Positions 1 to 19,114 are shown, counted from the first letter of the stretch. The stretch: DNA of 64,000 bases from Eledone cirrhosa (GCA_964016885.1 OZ024743.1:13392001-13456000); one strand, 5' to 3'. Translations and numbers: made by a program. The notes: a model not told the origin generated them from the letters alone.

Positions 1-1061
1 TTACATTTTGACTCCTTAAAATTCCGCTGAGGTCAACTTTGCATTTCAATCTTCTGTGATAAACTTCTGAAGGTTGATTTAATCAAGGTTGTCATTCCCT
101 CAAATTTGCTGGTCTCTGCTTAACTTAGACACTAATATTAATACAATTATTTCAATTAATTAAAAATATGAGAATAATCTCACCAAAGGTATCTTACTCT
201 CTTCAGACCCATATACATTTTGAACTTGTTCAGCAAGTTACGCGAAGTGGGTAAACTATTCCTTTGCACAATACAGAGATACATAGATGAATGAATTGTT
301 GAACAAGTATAGATGGCTGTTTCCATAATGATTATCGAGCCCGTTATAAGCATGGCGTCCGAACCTCTACCGATACTGCCAATCCCGCCTATATATACAC
401 ATATAATGGGTGATGGTCATGTTTGAAACGTCTTCTGAATAGATTTGCATGATCTCGCTTGACCTGGGAGTTAAACTACATGTTTGGACAATCAACAAGC
501 CAGGTTTTTTTTTCAATAGTCGATTGAATCGACTTTAGAATATTTCTTGTTCGTTTTTTATTGACTACTGAATAGGATAAAAGGTTAAATTGATTCATCT
601 GAAGTTATCACTCAGAACATAGAACTTAATACCGCAGGGTATTTATCCTGTATCTGCAATTCAATTTACGCAGTGAAATGATACACTTCAGGAAAGTAAC
701 TTACAGGAAGAAACTAAAATGAGTTCTATCGACTATAACTTTTCTCTCTTTCAACAAGAACATAATGTCCAAACACACTAATATAGATACCATTGAACAC
801 ATTCTATTGATCATAGTAGTATCAGTAAGTTCATTTTATCACAGTAGCATTCAATCTAAGCTACTTTTTCAGACAACTATTATCAGTTTCGTTGATATTT
901 CTTAAGTTCATGAAACTAACATAACACCTGAAAAAGAATAAATAAATAAATAAAAAATAATATATATATAAAGCCTTGATTAAATATCTTTAGCTGTTAT
1001 CTAATAATCCTTTTTCATACTTCTCATAACTGACGGATTTCTGTTTTCACTTCAATTCCAG

Positions 1062-1116
1062 CTACTCACGCCATAGCTCCTCCCCAAATATTCGATTATA
1101 TAATTGGATTTGGAAA
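1062..1116 (+). CDS. Zinc metalloprotease gene, first recognisable coding exon (THAIAPPQIFDYIIGFG); start codon or upstream exon not identified
   Basis: Acceptor ttcaattccAG, donor GTAAGT. Its phase-2 end (aa) joins the c of exon 8601 to give an open GFGNFSHG junction. Confidence 0.6.
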
Positions 1117-1386
1117 GTAAGTGACAATCTTATCATTACAGTCTATATCGCATAATATTTATTCGCATACGCACACACGTATGTTCATACTCCCTCAAGT
1201 ATCACCATGTAATACACACACACACACAGTCACACACACAAATTATATATATATATGTATTGTATATATATATATGTATATATATATACACATATATATA
1301 TATACATATACATATACATATATATTTATATATACATATATTTATATTTATATATACATATATTTATATTTATATATACATATATT

Positions 1387-1534
<148 letters not shown>

Positions 1535-1549
1535 CATATATATATATAC

Positions 1550-1580
<31 letters not shown>

Positions 1581-1726
1581 CATATATATATATACATATA
1601 TATATATATATCTATATATATATATATATAATATTTGCTATGAATCGACGTTGTAGCTGCCATATAACAGGTACTACTTGAGTTGTATGAGGTATATATA
1701 TATATATATATATATATACGTTCACA

Positions 1727-1769
<43 letters not shown>

Positions 1770-2115
1770 ATGTTTGCCTTTTTAAATATTTGCGCAAAAA
1801 ATCTAAAGAGTGTACAATGCATCTAGTGGGGTAAAGAACTGATCGTTAAAGTTAACTATATTTCTATTACTTCAAGTTTCTTTAACGAAGACGCCTTTGA
1901 CACTTAGCACGTCAACGAATAGTACTTTGAAATCTAATGGAATTATCTTTGACGTTCATGCCAAGAGACGGCAGATTTATATTTGCTACATTTTGTAGAC
2001 GTCAAGTAGATCAATCAGGTTTCATGGAGATCTCAAGGTAGAATTTGATTTCATTACGGCCACTTTACAGTATCTACATCGTTCCGATTATATTAATTGT
2101 TTTCATTGTTATTAT

Positions 2116-2338
2116 AAGCGGGTTGACCGTATCGGTAGAGCGCCGGAGGATAGAGTTATGTGGGATAGAGTTATGGCTTTTTACGTTCTGAGTTCAAATC
2201 CCGCCGACGTTAGATTTACTTTCATCTGTACGGTGTCGATAAAATAAAGTACTAGTAATGCACTGGGGTCGATTTAACCATCTATCCCCTCCCCAAAAAA
2301 ATCGTTGGCCTTGTACGCAAAAGTAGAAACAATTATTA
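2116..2338 (+). mobile_element. Near full-length tRNA-derived SINE with Meta-type (Sauria-SINE-like) core and ATT tail
   Basis: A-box-like head, B-box gagttcaaatcc, core ctttcatc..gtcgataaaataaagtac, tail ggccttgt..agtagaaacaattatta. Confidence 0.8.
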
Positions 2339-2699
2339 TATGCTATGCCTGCTTTGTGTATTTAGAATTGCTCTGATTGGTCAGTGGATGTTGAATTGTT
2401 CAACAAAGCGAGTTTTGAAGTGCATATCTGAATAAGTCATTGATATTTATATTTTCCCTGTTCCGGAAGATTGGTTTATGTTTAAGGAAACGCTTTTCCA
2501 TGTATATTCGTACACTTTGATGCAAGTTTCTCATTTGACCTATCATTATGTAGGGCTATAGAAATTTATTCCGTAATATATCACAGAAAGGTTTTGTATA
2601 TATGTAACTGACCTTCATGTTGCATTTGCTAAACAGTTATAGTGGATCTGTCAGATAGGGAAATCATGTTTAATTAGTTTTAAGGCATTTGTACAATTG

Positions 2700-3500
2700 A
2701 CGAAATATTGACATCCTGCCGACACCCGACACTGAAGATTAACCGTATATGCCATCTGACGAACGCCTCTTTACAGGGGAATTGATGTCCCGAAAACGTA
2801 GGCACCAGAAATCATAAGTGTCGAGAGATATACATGTGGCTACAATTTAGCTTGATATTGAGCTTAATTGGTGGATTTAAAAGATTAGCAGCATGAGATT
2901 TTTTCGGTAACAGACTAGATGGCGAATCGGGCAGCTTGAATACACAGATGAATCAGGTAATCTGACAAAATGCCAAATGAGTCCATTTAGTTTGTAGATA
3001 ATTTGATTTACAGCAGCAGTCTGTGTATTTGTTATTATCGGGTGGTGATTCTCTATAGCAAAGGATGTGGACAATAGAAGTACTGCCAGACTACAAACTG
3101 GTATAATATGAGCCTAACAAAAATTTTACTACAGGTAAATTTATTCAATATATAGACGCCATTAGGTACAGGCACTTGTAATATTCCACTTGCGTGTCCT
3201 GTCAGAACTGGAGACACTGGGACAAAGGAAACAAAATCGCAGCAGCCATCTAGAGCATTTTCTAACTTCATTCCGCGAGGCCTCAGGAGATAGAATGGCT
3301 CTTCCAGCGCATCTCCCTTACCATCTTCTGGGGAAACACCGTCTCTATTCAGTCCGCCGGGGCTGTGGGGCTGCCACCTCATGGATCCCCATTTGCTCAT
3401 AATAAAGAGATATGGGGAGGTCAAGAGAGATGGAGGCGATGACAGTGGGAGTTCAGTTACAAAGAAAGCGAGAGGTAATTGAGAAAGTCAGCAACAACAT
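2700..3500 (-). mobile_element. Decayed Penelope-like element 3' remnant
   Basis: Minus-strand frameshifted EQMxIHE...HSPGGLNRDG resembles the C-terminus of PLE GIY-YIG domains. A (TA)n tract lies nearby. Confidence 0.4.
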
Positions 3501-3528
3501 ATATTTAGTATGTCTATATATACATACA

Positions 3529-3571
<43 letters not shown>

Positions 3572-3725
3572 GGAATAACAAGTTATCGTTATAGGTAATC
3601 CAGTTAGTGTACTCTACGTCGTGGATGGTTTTTACGTACGGCTTTGTTTGACTCAACAAGATGTTTTCACAGTTATGCAGCGAGTTCGCGGTAATTTCTA
3701 TGCAGGTTATACTTGGAGTAATAAA

Positions 3726-5211
<1,486 letters not shown>

Positions 5212-5411
5212 AGAGAGAGATAGATAGATATAGATTTATATAATTATATGTGTCTGATATTTAGTACCTAATTCAATGTCTATGTATATGTAGTCACACG
5301 TATAACAGCAAATTACAATATCCATTAGAAGTAAAATTAGTGAACGGTTTGCTGCTAATAGCGAAACACTAAATATGAAATTCGCTACAAATCATAAAAT
5401 ATAAACGTAAA

Positions 5412-5522
5412 ATAATAATTGTTTCTACTTTTTTGGCACATGGCCAGCAAATATCCCAGTGTATTACTGGTACTTTATTTTTATCGACCTCATAAGGATG
5501 AAAGGCAAAGTTAACCTCGGCA
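5412..5522 (-). mobile_element. SINE 3' half
   Basis: Reverse complement of the core and tail of the same SINE family. Confidence 0.75.
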
Positions 5523-6038
5523 ATAATAATAAGGATTTGAAGATGCACTTAATGTACTTTTTTTATATATACATGCAAGTTTACAGTAAACAACAAAAAA
5601 GAAATTAGTTTGTACATAATGAATTATAGTTCTCTTTAAAAGAGTAGGTGGGTTTTCAGAAATAGTCACGATTATTTAATTAGTTGTTGTACTTCTCAGT
5701 TTTGCTATGACTAATTTTTTCATTTTAATTTGTGCACGGGTTGAATATATTTAATATATTTTGCCGCGTGTCATGTTGAATTTATTCAATATAACATGCA
5801 GCAACTTCTGTGAAATATATTCATCATAGCTAAACTGGTTGATAAAGAAATAATTACATTATCATGCCTATTTCTCAAAACTCACCTATATTTTAAAATA
5901 ATATATATAACTTATTTTATGAACACATTTTCATACGCTGTGTACTGTAAATGTGTATGTATATACATAAAAAAACATTTTGGTGCATCCCCAAACCTTT
6001 ATTATTTTTGTTCCTATATATATATATACGAGTATATG

Positions 6039-6793
6039 CTAGCTAAACTACCCGCCCTTTGGACGTTTAAAGTAGCTTTCGATGTAGCTCATTAAACTAA
6101 ACAAAGTAAATTTGAATACATAGAAGAAAAACGTACTTTATGAAAACATGAAAACCTTAGGCACTATTCCAGCGAAATAATTAAATATGTGAGCTCGGTG
6201 TCATCCGTTATACCATGTAACAATAGAAATCCAGTCTAGGTATACATTTTTTTGACAACAGTAAAAGCGCACCATGAAATAGAGAAGTGAAGTGAATAAT
6301 AGACACTATTATGTACAAAGCATAATATTGTAAAAGTTATGACATCACTTAATGTATGAAACGATAAATTATACAATGTCAAATCTATAACTTAACTTAG
6401 TAATCTGTTAGAAATTGCTGGTTGTGAAATATACAAAATGATATTGTTAGTCTCAAGGAAGCGTACCTTTTGTTTCAAGTACAAAGTGTAAATTAAAATC
6501 CAAATGAGCCGTATTACGAAAGATAACTCTTGTCTTACTTAAAGATAACTCTTTTCTTACTTAATCATGAAAATTGACACAAATTACCGAAACCTTTTTA
6601 ATGTCTCCAAAGGCCCCAATATCGATTTTCGAAAGCCTTTATAGATCATGTACAGGTTTTGTGCAAGGAGAAGCTCTGTAAAAAATTTCAAGGAAATCGC
6701 ATGAATGGTTTAGAATATATGAGCCCTCATTAAAAATTGTCCACACACACATATACACACATACAGAAAACCTCGTCTTTATAGAAATACAGA
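6039..6793 (-). mobile_element. Non-autonomous Helitron-like element
   Basis: On the - strand: A|TC start at 6793, CA/TG microsatellite near the 5' end, subterminal hairpin cgtcc-aaa-gggcg and terminal CTAG at 6039-6042. Confidence 0.55.
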
Positions 6794-8600
6794 TAAGCAA
6801 AAGGGATATTTAATTTGTTGGTAATTCAACAAATATAAATGTTTATAACTGATTCAAAGCACTCGACAAGTTTTCTGGAGTATAATATTTAATGATAAGA
6901 AGGGAAAGAGAAGAAAAGTCAAATATTTCAAATTATTAAGATGAGTATGGAAATGAGATTGAGGTATCGGGGTGAAAAAACCCCGTTATTTTTAGACGCT
7001 AGGTATATTTAAATAATTATTATGATATATGTATGTGTAGGAAGAAGAAAGAGAAAGAAAGAAGAGCTTGTATTTACGTTAATTTAAAAATAATTAACAG
7101 TTTGTAGGAATGGTGGAATATGATTCCATAATTTTTAAAAATTATTTAGCTATATTATGAGTTATAATATTGTATATATAATCAATTAGATTATATGAAG
7201 AATTATGGTTGTAAATACATTTTATCTTATTACATTACAATGGGTTTTAAGTATATAAATATCTATATACATTAATAATTGTGCAAGTATAAGTATTATT
7301 GGTGATTTTATAGAAATAAACCACAATTATTAATTGTTTATATTTCTCATGAGTTACAAAGCATGATGATTTTACATTTTACATATGAAATTTACATTAA
7401 AAAATTTACATAAAAAATTTAAGAAAAAGACGTAGTTCAAGTTGTAAGAGGAGAACAATTTGTAGATATTTTGTTCCAACATTGAACATGTTTTCAGAAT
7501 ATTGTTATATAGTTTATCATACAAGTTATCATGTGTAAGTTTGCTCAATTGTAAAGGAAAAGATAACTCCAATCTTATTTGCTAACCATTAAATTTGATG
7601 AATGATTTATTCAGAAAGTATGTAGAGAAAATTATATATTATTTCGTGTGAGATTATTTTTTTCAAGGGTGAGAATTTCAATTACATAGTATTTAGGTCA
7701 AAGGATGTGTGAAAAGTTTGAAGATTAATAAAAAGAGGAAAACAAATATTATGCATTTCGAACAACTATCGTAAAGCGGATATCTTTCAGAATGTCAATT
7801 AAAGATTATCAATCGACATCTAAAAAATAGATTAAGAAGAGTATCATTTGGAAAAGAATATCAAATGGTAAAAATACTAAATTTAAGAAGGAAGATCATT
7901 TAAAAAATTTTTAAATTTTAAAGAAATACTCAGTAAATAATAGGATCATTTTAAAGGTGTATAAGATATAGTCAAGTGTAATGAATATCATAGATTAAAA
8001 ATACTTCTGAAAGTGTAATTTTGGCGATGTCTGCAACTAGAAAATAATTCTGTTTTTAAATTAATATAGTTTTGACAGTTAATTATATAAAAGAAATTTC
8101 CTCGATACACAAATGACATATTCTTGAGAAAGCCATATTTCGGTATATATATAATTATTAAGGTTAGTTAATATAACGCTGCCACACCAGGTACGTACGT
8201 TTCGTCAGTCATGCGGACCAAATTATTCAAGCTTTGTCGATAACAATGAACCGAAAAATGATTACTCAAAAAGGAAATGTAGTCCCAGCCCCTCTCCTCC
8301 TAAAGATGGTGATTAACTCTTTTATAAAAGTGTCGAGGGCGTGGCCAAGTTCATAGATCCTAAGAGCCAGACAACTCGTCTGGAAATCCGGGAATTTCGT
8401 GCGTAATATATATATTTATATAGAATAAAAACTATCAAAGAAACTTATGTTTTCGTTACTAAAATTAATGTTCTGTCGTTTTCTCTGTGGACTTCTTACA
8501 TCGTTGTATTTCTTCTTGAAGCTGTTGCTGATTGAGTAGCAGCAAAAATGTATCCATGCTTCACATGAATAAATTATATACTCAATGGTTTTCTTTGTAG

Positions 8601-8733
8601 CTTCAGTCATGGCAGAGTATCTTTTCGCAGCAAATATATCACCCACGGCGGTAGGATTTACGATTACTTACCAAATGAACCAGCAGTTTCCCTCACAGCT
8701 ACTAACACAGTTCCAGAGTTGGCCGTGAAAAAG
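8601..8733 (+). CDS. Zinc metalloprotease exon (FSHGRVSFRSKYITHGG...PELAVKK)
   Basis: Acceptor ttttctttgtAG, donor aag|GTAATT. Only one frame is open and it joins exon 9430 in phase 0. Confidence 0.75.
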
Positions 8734-9429
8734 GTAATTCTTTTATTTTGTAATAATTTCTTTTATTCCGAAAATGATGGATAAATAATTATATGTTACT
8801 TTGGTGTCAAATTTGTAGAGATGTGCATAACGCCAATGGCTACATCTTCACTGCAAACATATTACATAATTACATGTATACCTAGGAAGAATGAAAAGTA
8901 AACATTATTCTTTACGTTCTCCTCGAAGGAAACAGTTAACTATTTTGACTACCATTTTTGTCATAGAATATGATTGTATTAAGATATTCACACATTTCGA
9001 TTTTAAGAGAAATTATTAGATGTCTTTACATCAATATTAAATCTATCATAGAGCAATATTTGTACTTATTTCATATAATTAAAAAGAAAAACAAAAATGG
9101 AGCTAGTCTTAAAAGTTAATGTTAGGAAAAATGTTCATGTGTCTAATTTTCACACGATCATGGTAGGGTTTCACTTGCAGAATATGTGACAACTACTTTT
9201 AAGATAACATGCGGTCGCATAGACACATCCACGTTGGCTCGCCTTTCTCGTTGCCTCTTTCCGGATGGTTGATTTAGAAATGTGAGAAATATTAATCAAA
9301 AGTGAAAAGGTCATTATTTCAACGTGGTGAAATTGAAATCTTATGCAGCGAAAACATTTCTTTTGTTGCATGAAAAGTTTTATAATATTTTGTACCCTTT
9401 ACTCTATGTTGTCTTAAAATAATTTTCAG

Positions 9430-9583
9430 GCTGCCAGTATAATTATAAAGATGGTGAGGAACATGCCTGCTGTTGTATTTAGAGGACTGTCAACATCTCA
9501 AGGTGCTGGTCTATTTTCCCGGTCGGAGGGACCCACAATCTACCCAGAAAATGCAAATCTCGCAGACCGACCAGAATGTTATA
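9430..9583 (+). CDS. Zinc metalloprotease exon (AASIIIKMVRNMP...ADRPECY)
   Basis: Acceptor aattttcAG, donor GTGAGT. Same frame as track ORF 9451..9672. Phase-1 join to exon 16230. Confidence 0.85.
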
Positions 9584-10017
9584 GTGAGTCATCTATAATC
9601 ATTTCCCAAAGTTCTTTTATTTCCTGTTTGTTTCTTTCCCTCTTTCTATATTTCCGACCTATTACGTTTTAATTTTTCCCTGTTACAATAATATATGTCA
9701 AACTTAATCAAACGTATATGTGTTTGCGTGTGTATGATGTATAGCATATTTCCAGCAGACACTATCATTTTATTGTTTAATGAACGGTCGGAAATTGGTA
9801 AAAAGTAATCGTGAAAACAACTATACAATAAAATGGCATTCTTAAAACATTTTAAATATATACATATATTAAAACTTCATAAATACATTCTCTACTAATA
9901 AGAATTTCAAGACCGCACCATCTAAATATAAAGTTTTGACTATCTGCCTCGGCTTATAAAAGGGCTTTGAATTTCTGCCTACTTCTCAGATATAATATAA
10001 TATATATATATATATAA

Positions 10018-10094
<77 letters not shown>

Positions 10095-10539
10095 CAGTGG
10101 CGGACTGCGTTTAAAATTATTGGTTGCCAGGAGATAAATATTGATTGCCATATACAGAATTCTATCATTTAATTTTTATAATGAATAAATAAAATTTTCA
10201 AAAAATACATAGGTGAAAAGAAAACAGTGCAATCAAAGTTTTCGGAAAAAATGTGTATTTTTTACTAAATATAATGTACATATTAATGGCAGTATACAGT
10301 AATACTAAATATTAATAGAGAATGTTATTGAATTTTTGATTAAATTTGAAAATATTATATAGAGTGTAGTATGTAAGTGACCAAACTTACGTTAGCCAAT
10401 AAAAAATATAAAGTACTTTGCGAAATATACACGTCCAGAGACTTTCAGTAATGAACTTTGGTCTTTCGCACTCATTCCATATATATATCTGGGACTGTGT
10501 GTATGTGTGTACATGTGTATATATAGATTTATATGTTTT

Positions 10540-11416
10540 CAACTTGTACAAACATTATTTGGCGACTCATTCTCCCTAGGGGCTATAGACTGAAGAACTG
10601 ACCACTAATTGATTTTACATATATATTTAACCCATTGATATATTTTAAATTTTTATATATATATATTTTTTATATATATATTTTTTTATATATATATTTT
10701 TTATATATATATATTTTTTATATATATATATTTTTTTCTTTATTCTTATTTTCACTCTCATCGTCCTTTATATTTAACCTTATTCTTACTTTTATACCTT
10801 ATTATAGTGTAATCTTCCCCATGCCTTATTATACATTATTAATTATAGATTATTATTATTACTCTTATCACATTTCTATTTACATCATGTACTTTCTCCT
10901 CAGTTATATATATATTGTATGCAGTTTGTGTGTGTGTAGCATCTGCACACACTCTGCACCCTACTATCGACGCCACCCCATCTATGGCCCCCACTAACCA
11001 CTCGACTCCGGGAATGAATATGACCACAGCTAGTAAACAAGGACCCACACCCCACCCTCCCGCACCAAAATTAGACTTATCGTCCCCCTGCTTTTGCTCT
11101 TTACTCTCTAAACACTTTGTTCTTGAATGTTTGGTTGGTAGAGTCTATAACACCAACCAAAGCCCTTTTATAGCTCTGAATTCACTGGGGAACTGGAGTC
11201 ATATCAACTCCAGTTCCCCCAGTGAATTAACAACCCAGCAAGGAACTGGGCATATCAGAGTATTGACAATATCATACACCTAAACACATATGTACTTGTC
11301 TATACCATACTAATTCAAACTGCCTGAAGAGGTCACAGCCAAAGATGGCTGTCACTGAAATATATATAGCAGTAATAAACGAAGCTAAATTTTAATCATT
11401 TGACTTTTATTTAACT
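10540..11416 (+). mobile_element. Penelope-like element 3' end (pseudo-LTR) carrying a hammerhead
   Basis: Remnant YLATHSP*GL*TEE (GIY-YIG C-terminus-like) at about 10548-10600, followed by a hairpin, the hammerhead, AATAAA and (TA)n. Confidence 0.6.
11319..11373 (+). ncRNA. Minimal type-I hammerhead ribozyme
   Basis: Stem I actgc/gcagt; CTGAAGA; stem II ggt.acagcca/tggctgt.act; GAAA; palindromic TATATA stem III; AUA cleavage triplet ending at 11368. Confidence 0.85.
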
Positions 11417-15080
<3,664 letters not shown>

Positions 15081-15147
15081 GCCTAACAGTTAGAATCATT
15101 GGCTTACTGTATTCTCTCATGCATACATACATGGACGCACGAACACA

Positions 15148-15202
<55 letters not shown>

Positions 15203-15523
15203 CATATATATATAAATATGTATATATATATATATGCGTGTGTTTGTGCGTCCCATGTATGTATGCATGAGAGAATACAGTAAGCCAATGATTCTAACTG
15301 TTAGCACCACCATATACTTCGGTTTCTATTTATTCCCTAGGGAATTGCTTGACCGAATGCTTTGCTTATTTGTTTATTTATTAAAAAAAATATTCTTTAT
15401 CTAAGATACTTTTTTAAAGATATTTTTTTAAAGCAAAGCATTGACTACGAAAATACTACAGTGGGCCACTGCAGTTCCACCGTGGCCCCCCTGAGGCAAC
15501 CGGGCAACCCGGCCAGTCCGCCA

Positions 15524-15585
<62 letters not shown>

Positions 15586-16229
15586 GCATCTATGTATGTA
15601 TATATGTGTGTGTCTATTGTTTGCTTACAATAAATTAGCAGTTCAACGAAAATGTGACCGATCAAATAAGTCCTGGTATCGATATATAGATTAAATTACT
15701 TCTAAACGGTACTCCAGGGTGAGTCTGGTCGGTAGAACCAGCATTAAACATATATATATCCACTATTCTTTGAGTAAAGGATGAAAGACAAAGTGTTCGT
15801 TGGTATGTTATTTAACGTTTGAGGGCAGGAGCTCCTTACTTCCGTTATGCTTTATCCTCCATAGTTTCTCACAATAAATTAACAAGAAAACTATATCGGA
15901 ATGAATTGAATAATTTAAAAATAAAATCAATTTTTATCACTTACACGTAATAGTTTTCATATTCCTGGTTTGATATGGTTTATTCCAATTTTATTCTTTA
16001 TTACTAGTAAATATATGATAAAAGAAGGTCGCAGACGGCGGCGATTCGTTCGTTTCATGTATAGTGTAGCTAGTGTAATTAAAGTAGATTCTTCCCGATT
16101 TTAGGATGTTAGGAAAGGTACTATGGGAGTTTAGTTGTCATAACTAATTTTCCACAATAATATAGACGCTTACCTTTTGTCTGTTAAACATTGTTTTTTA
16201 ATCAATCATTTCTTGAAATTTCTTTGCAG

Positions 16230-16438
16230 GAAAATGCTCTGGTGCCTGTGCCATTACATGTACATTTGACGGACGTAAATGGCAACATATCGCAGGTCTG
16301 TCTGGGACCCGTTCAGTTTGCTTAGATGATATTGTGCTATGTAACAGTAGAGATCCATATAGACATAAAGAGAATATTTTCTGCCATGAATTTGCTCATT
16401 TAGTGATGAGATATATGCCAACACAATGGCGTGAAAAA
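16230..16438 (+). CDS. Zinc metalloprotease catalytic exon with HEFAH (KCSGAC...RDPYRHKENIFCHEFAHLVMRY...WREK)
   Basis: Acceptor tttctttgcAG, donor GTAAGT. HEXXH is encoded at 16385-16399. Confidence 0.9.
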
Positions 16439-16819
16439 GTAAGTTTAATTTTATTTATGTATAACCAAGTATGGAAATCAAATGCATTGACTGTAGTTCT
16501 TAAGTGACATACACAATTTGTCATCGGCTTAACACCACAATGAACTGACCATTCAGCACATTCACCATAATCCACTCTAAGCGTTCGGACGAGATTCTCA
16601 GTTTTAGAGTATATGATTATCTTAAAGTGCTTGTTTCTATTGCAAAATCTCATGAAGTTCGTTTTCGTATGCCTTATCCCCGAATATGTGCTACTCTACT
16701 GAGAGAAAATTAAATTGTTACGTTTACAACGCATTTAAAACATGTTTTTAATATATCATTATATTTTAAAATCATCACATATTTTAAAAGCTTTGCAAAT
16801 GTAGCAATTGTAAAATGTT

Positions 16820-18360
16820 ATTAAATAATTTTGTCCATTTTACTATACCTGTTTAATGAAACAGATCTAGCGTTTATTGCTTGCGCAGTATTTCCACAAT
16901 TGAAACTGGTCTTGAGGTTCATCCTAAATGATCGAAAGTACTCTTTTCTGACAAATTTGTTCATTGTTTTACTTTTTACTTTATGGCTATGTATCACATC
17001 TAGATATTTATATGCTTTGTCTGTTTCTAGTGTCTTGATTCTTTCAGTTTGGTAGTAAGATTCCCTCACACGTTTTCCCTGCTTCACCTCTATCATTGCA
17101 CAGTTGAAATGCCATACCTCATTCCAATGTCTTAGGAAATTACACTGACTGTTTGCACTAAGGTGTCTAGTTCTTCTATATTACGACCATATCATTTTAA
17201 ATCGTTCATAAACAATAAGTAATTGAAGTTGCTCCTACCTTTATCTACACTGTATCCAATCGACACGCTTTCAAGAACAACAAACAATCTGCTTGGAAGA
17301 TGCTGCACTAATCTTCACTTCACCTCATCTTTATCCGGTAGATGTCAATTCTACTTTCCATTTAGACATTGATTTCACTATAAAGATTTTCATATTGTCT
17401 GATACCTTACAATATCCAAACACTGCCATGTGGCACCATATCACAGGTCTTCTTGTAGTCAATCCAAGCAAAGTGAATTCTTGTTTTGCAGTTTTTTAGT
17501 ACCATTTTCATCAATCATCAGCTGGGCTTTCTTTTCTACTCCCTTCCCATTCACCAGGAAGTAGATTTTCTCTCTGTAGGTCTGTATACGTTTCTTCAGT
17601 TAATATTATTGATAGGAGCCTCCACATAAGAGGAAGTCCTGTAATTGTAATAATTCCCTTATTCTTTACATGATATCTTTGCAGTAGTCCTTTTTCCTAT
17701 TCGTTCTTTTCCATTCTTCCACATTGCTTAGATTAGTCTTCAATTTTGTATCACTGACCTGAATCCTTCTATTCCACCACGACTGCCTGTTAGTCTCTTT
17801 TCGATTTTACTTCCCAAAAAGACAGCTATAATATTTGCCCCAGCATGTACATGTAGCTTTGTATCACTCATGTATTCTGTATTGTACTGATGACTTCGTT
17901 GACAAGCTTAGTTTTCTCTCTAGTGTTCATTCTATCAGCCACCCCCAGGTTAATTACTACAAGTTCATCTGGATTTTCCAGTTTCGTTCACAGCATTTTT
18001 GTGATTGTTTATTTTTCACTACTAATTTCGTTTCTCATTTCAAACTTACATCTTTCCCGTATTCATCTTAACGGGCTAGTTAGCTATGTTTAAGTTGCAT
18101 GGAACATATATCTAACCTCATTCCAGTTACTGACCATTACTTTTTTGTATCCCCTTCCTCCTGGCTTACTTCGCATGTAGCACTCCATTACAATCTTGTT
18201 GACACTTTTGTCCATTTAACTTTCATCACTTCAGCAGTCTTTTGAAGATGAGAGTGCCTACTTTGCTGATCAATGGGACACGGGCGAGAGACTTTCAGTT
18301 GAGGTTCCAGCCCCAATTACGCCGTTTTCTATATTCATTGTATTTGATATTCCCCCTCAT
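16820..18360 (-). pseudogene. Old, heavily decayed R4/Dong-type non-LTR retrotransposon
   Basis: Minus-strand remnants KIVMECYMRSKP.GRGY and YKYLDV...KEYFR...NCGNTAQAINARSVS match the younger Dong copies at 40-51 kb. Confidence 0.7.
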
Positions 18361-18796
18361 TTAAGTTATTGTGGTTTAATGAGTTTTGCTTCCCAATATT
18401 TTCATCGTGACACCATCACTAGATAGATTGTGTACCTCTAGTCTATCCTCATCTTGAGAAAACAATATTTTGCGCCAGGTCTCGAACAGGTTTTTATGAA
18501 ACCATTATTATTTTTGGTGACAGTGACCGTGTTGGTGATGTCCATCAAGGTTTTAGTGATATTGGTAGTGGTGGTGATGTCATTGCAATTATTTTGGTTG
18601 CTCTGTTCAGTGAAAGCTGACAGGATATATGCCTCCATTTGGGAAAATAAATCATTTTTTTAGGGGAGTGCAAATTCAGAATATAAATATTGAAGAAAAA
18701 TTAAATATTTTGGTCAAAGGCCCACATTTTTATAAACACCCTGCACCCAAAACTATATGAAAACAAGCGTTTTAAACATGTGAAATAACAATAAAC

Positions 18797-19114
18797 TTAC
18801 GGGAGCCATTCGCCTGTCACAAAGCATGTGTTGGTATCAACATTATTATATTCATTATTATTTGTGAGAAAATAAATTTTTCGTAACATCGTTACCTCCT
18901 GACCGAATACATCCATAGAACTTATATGTTCATCATATATTCGGTCACCAATGACGACAGTAAGGTAAGGTTCAGAATCCCAGTAATATAATTGGCGACA
19001 TTTGCCCGAGGTGGAGCGCAATTGAATCGAAATTGGAATAACCAGCGAGCAAAACAAAATTCGTAACCACATGGGCTTTGCTTTTACCTCTATATCACAC
19101 AATTTCTTCAACAT
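18797..19114 (-). pseudogene. Possible Tc1/mariner transposase remnant
   Basis: LRILFC...GKCRQLYYWDSEP loosely resembles ILFSDE...NRQNCRYWxSENP. An aaacaccctg TIR-like end lies at about 18735. Confidence 0.25.

Noticed and set aside
207-824. Candidate upstream exons of the metalloprotease (207-250, about 692-824)
   Set aside because: The 824 donor has an in-frame stop in the phase needed to join exon 1062. Exon 207-250 fits the phase but has no supporting motif. Left unresolved.
6830-8130. Possible ancient L1-like RT remnant
   Set aside because: Only faint KALDK and YxDD-like traces; too decayed to support.
8416-8646. Minus-strand 76 aa ORF
   Set aside because: Antisense shadow overlapping a real + strand exon.
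15940-16750. Apparent piggyBac-like transposase remnant on the - strand
   Set aside because: Weak motif match. The region is better explained by the + strand HEFAH exon.
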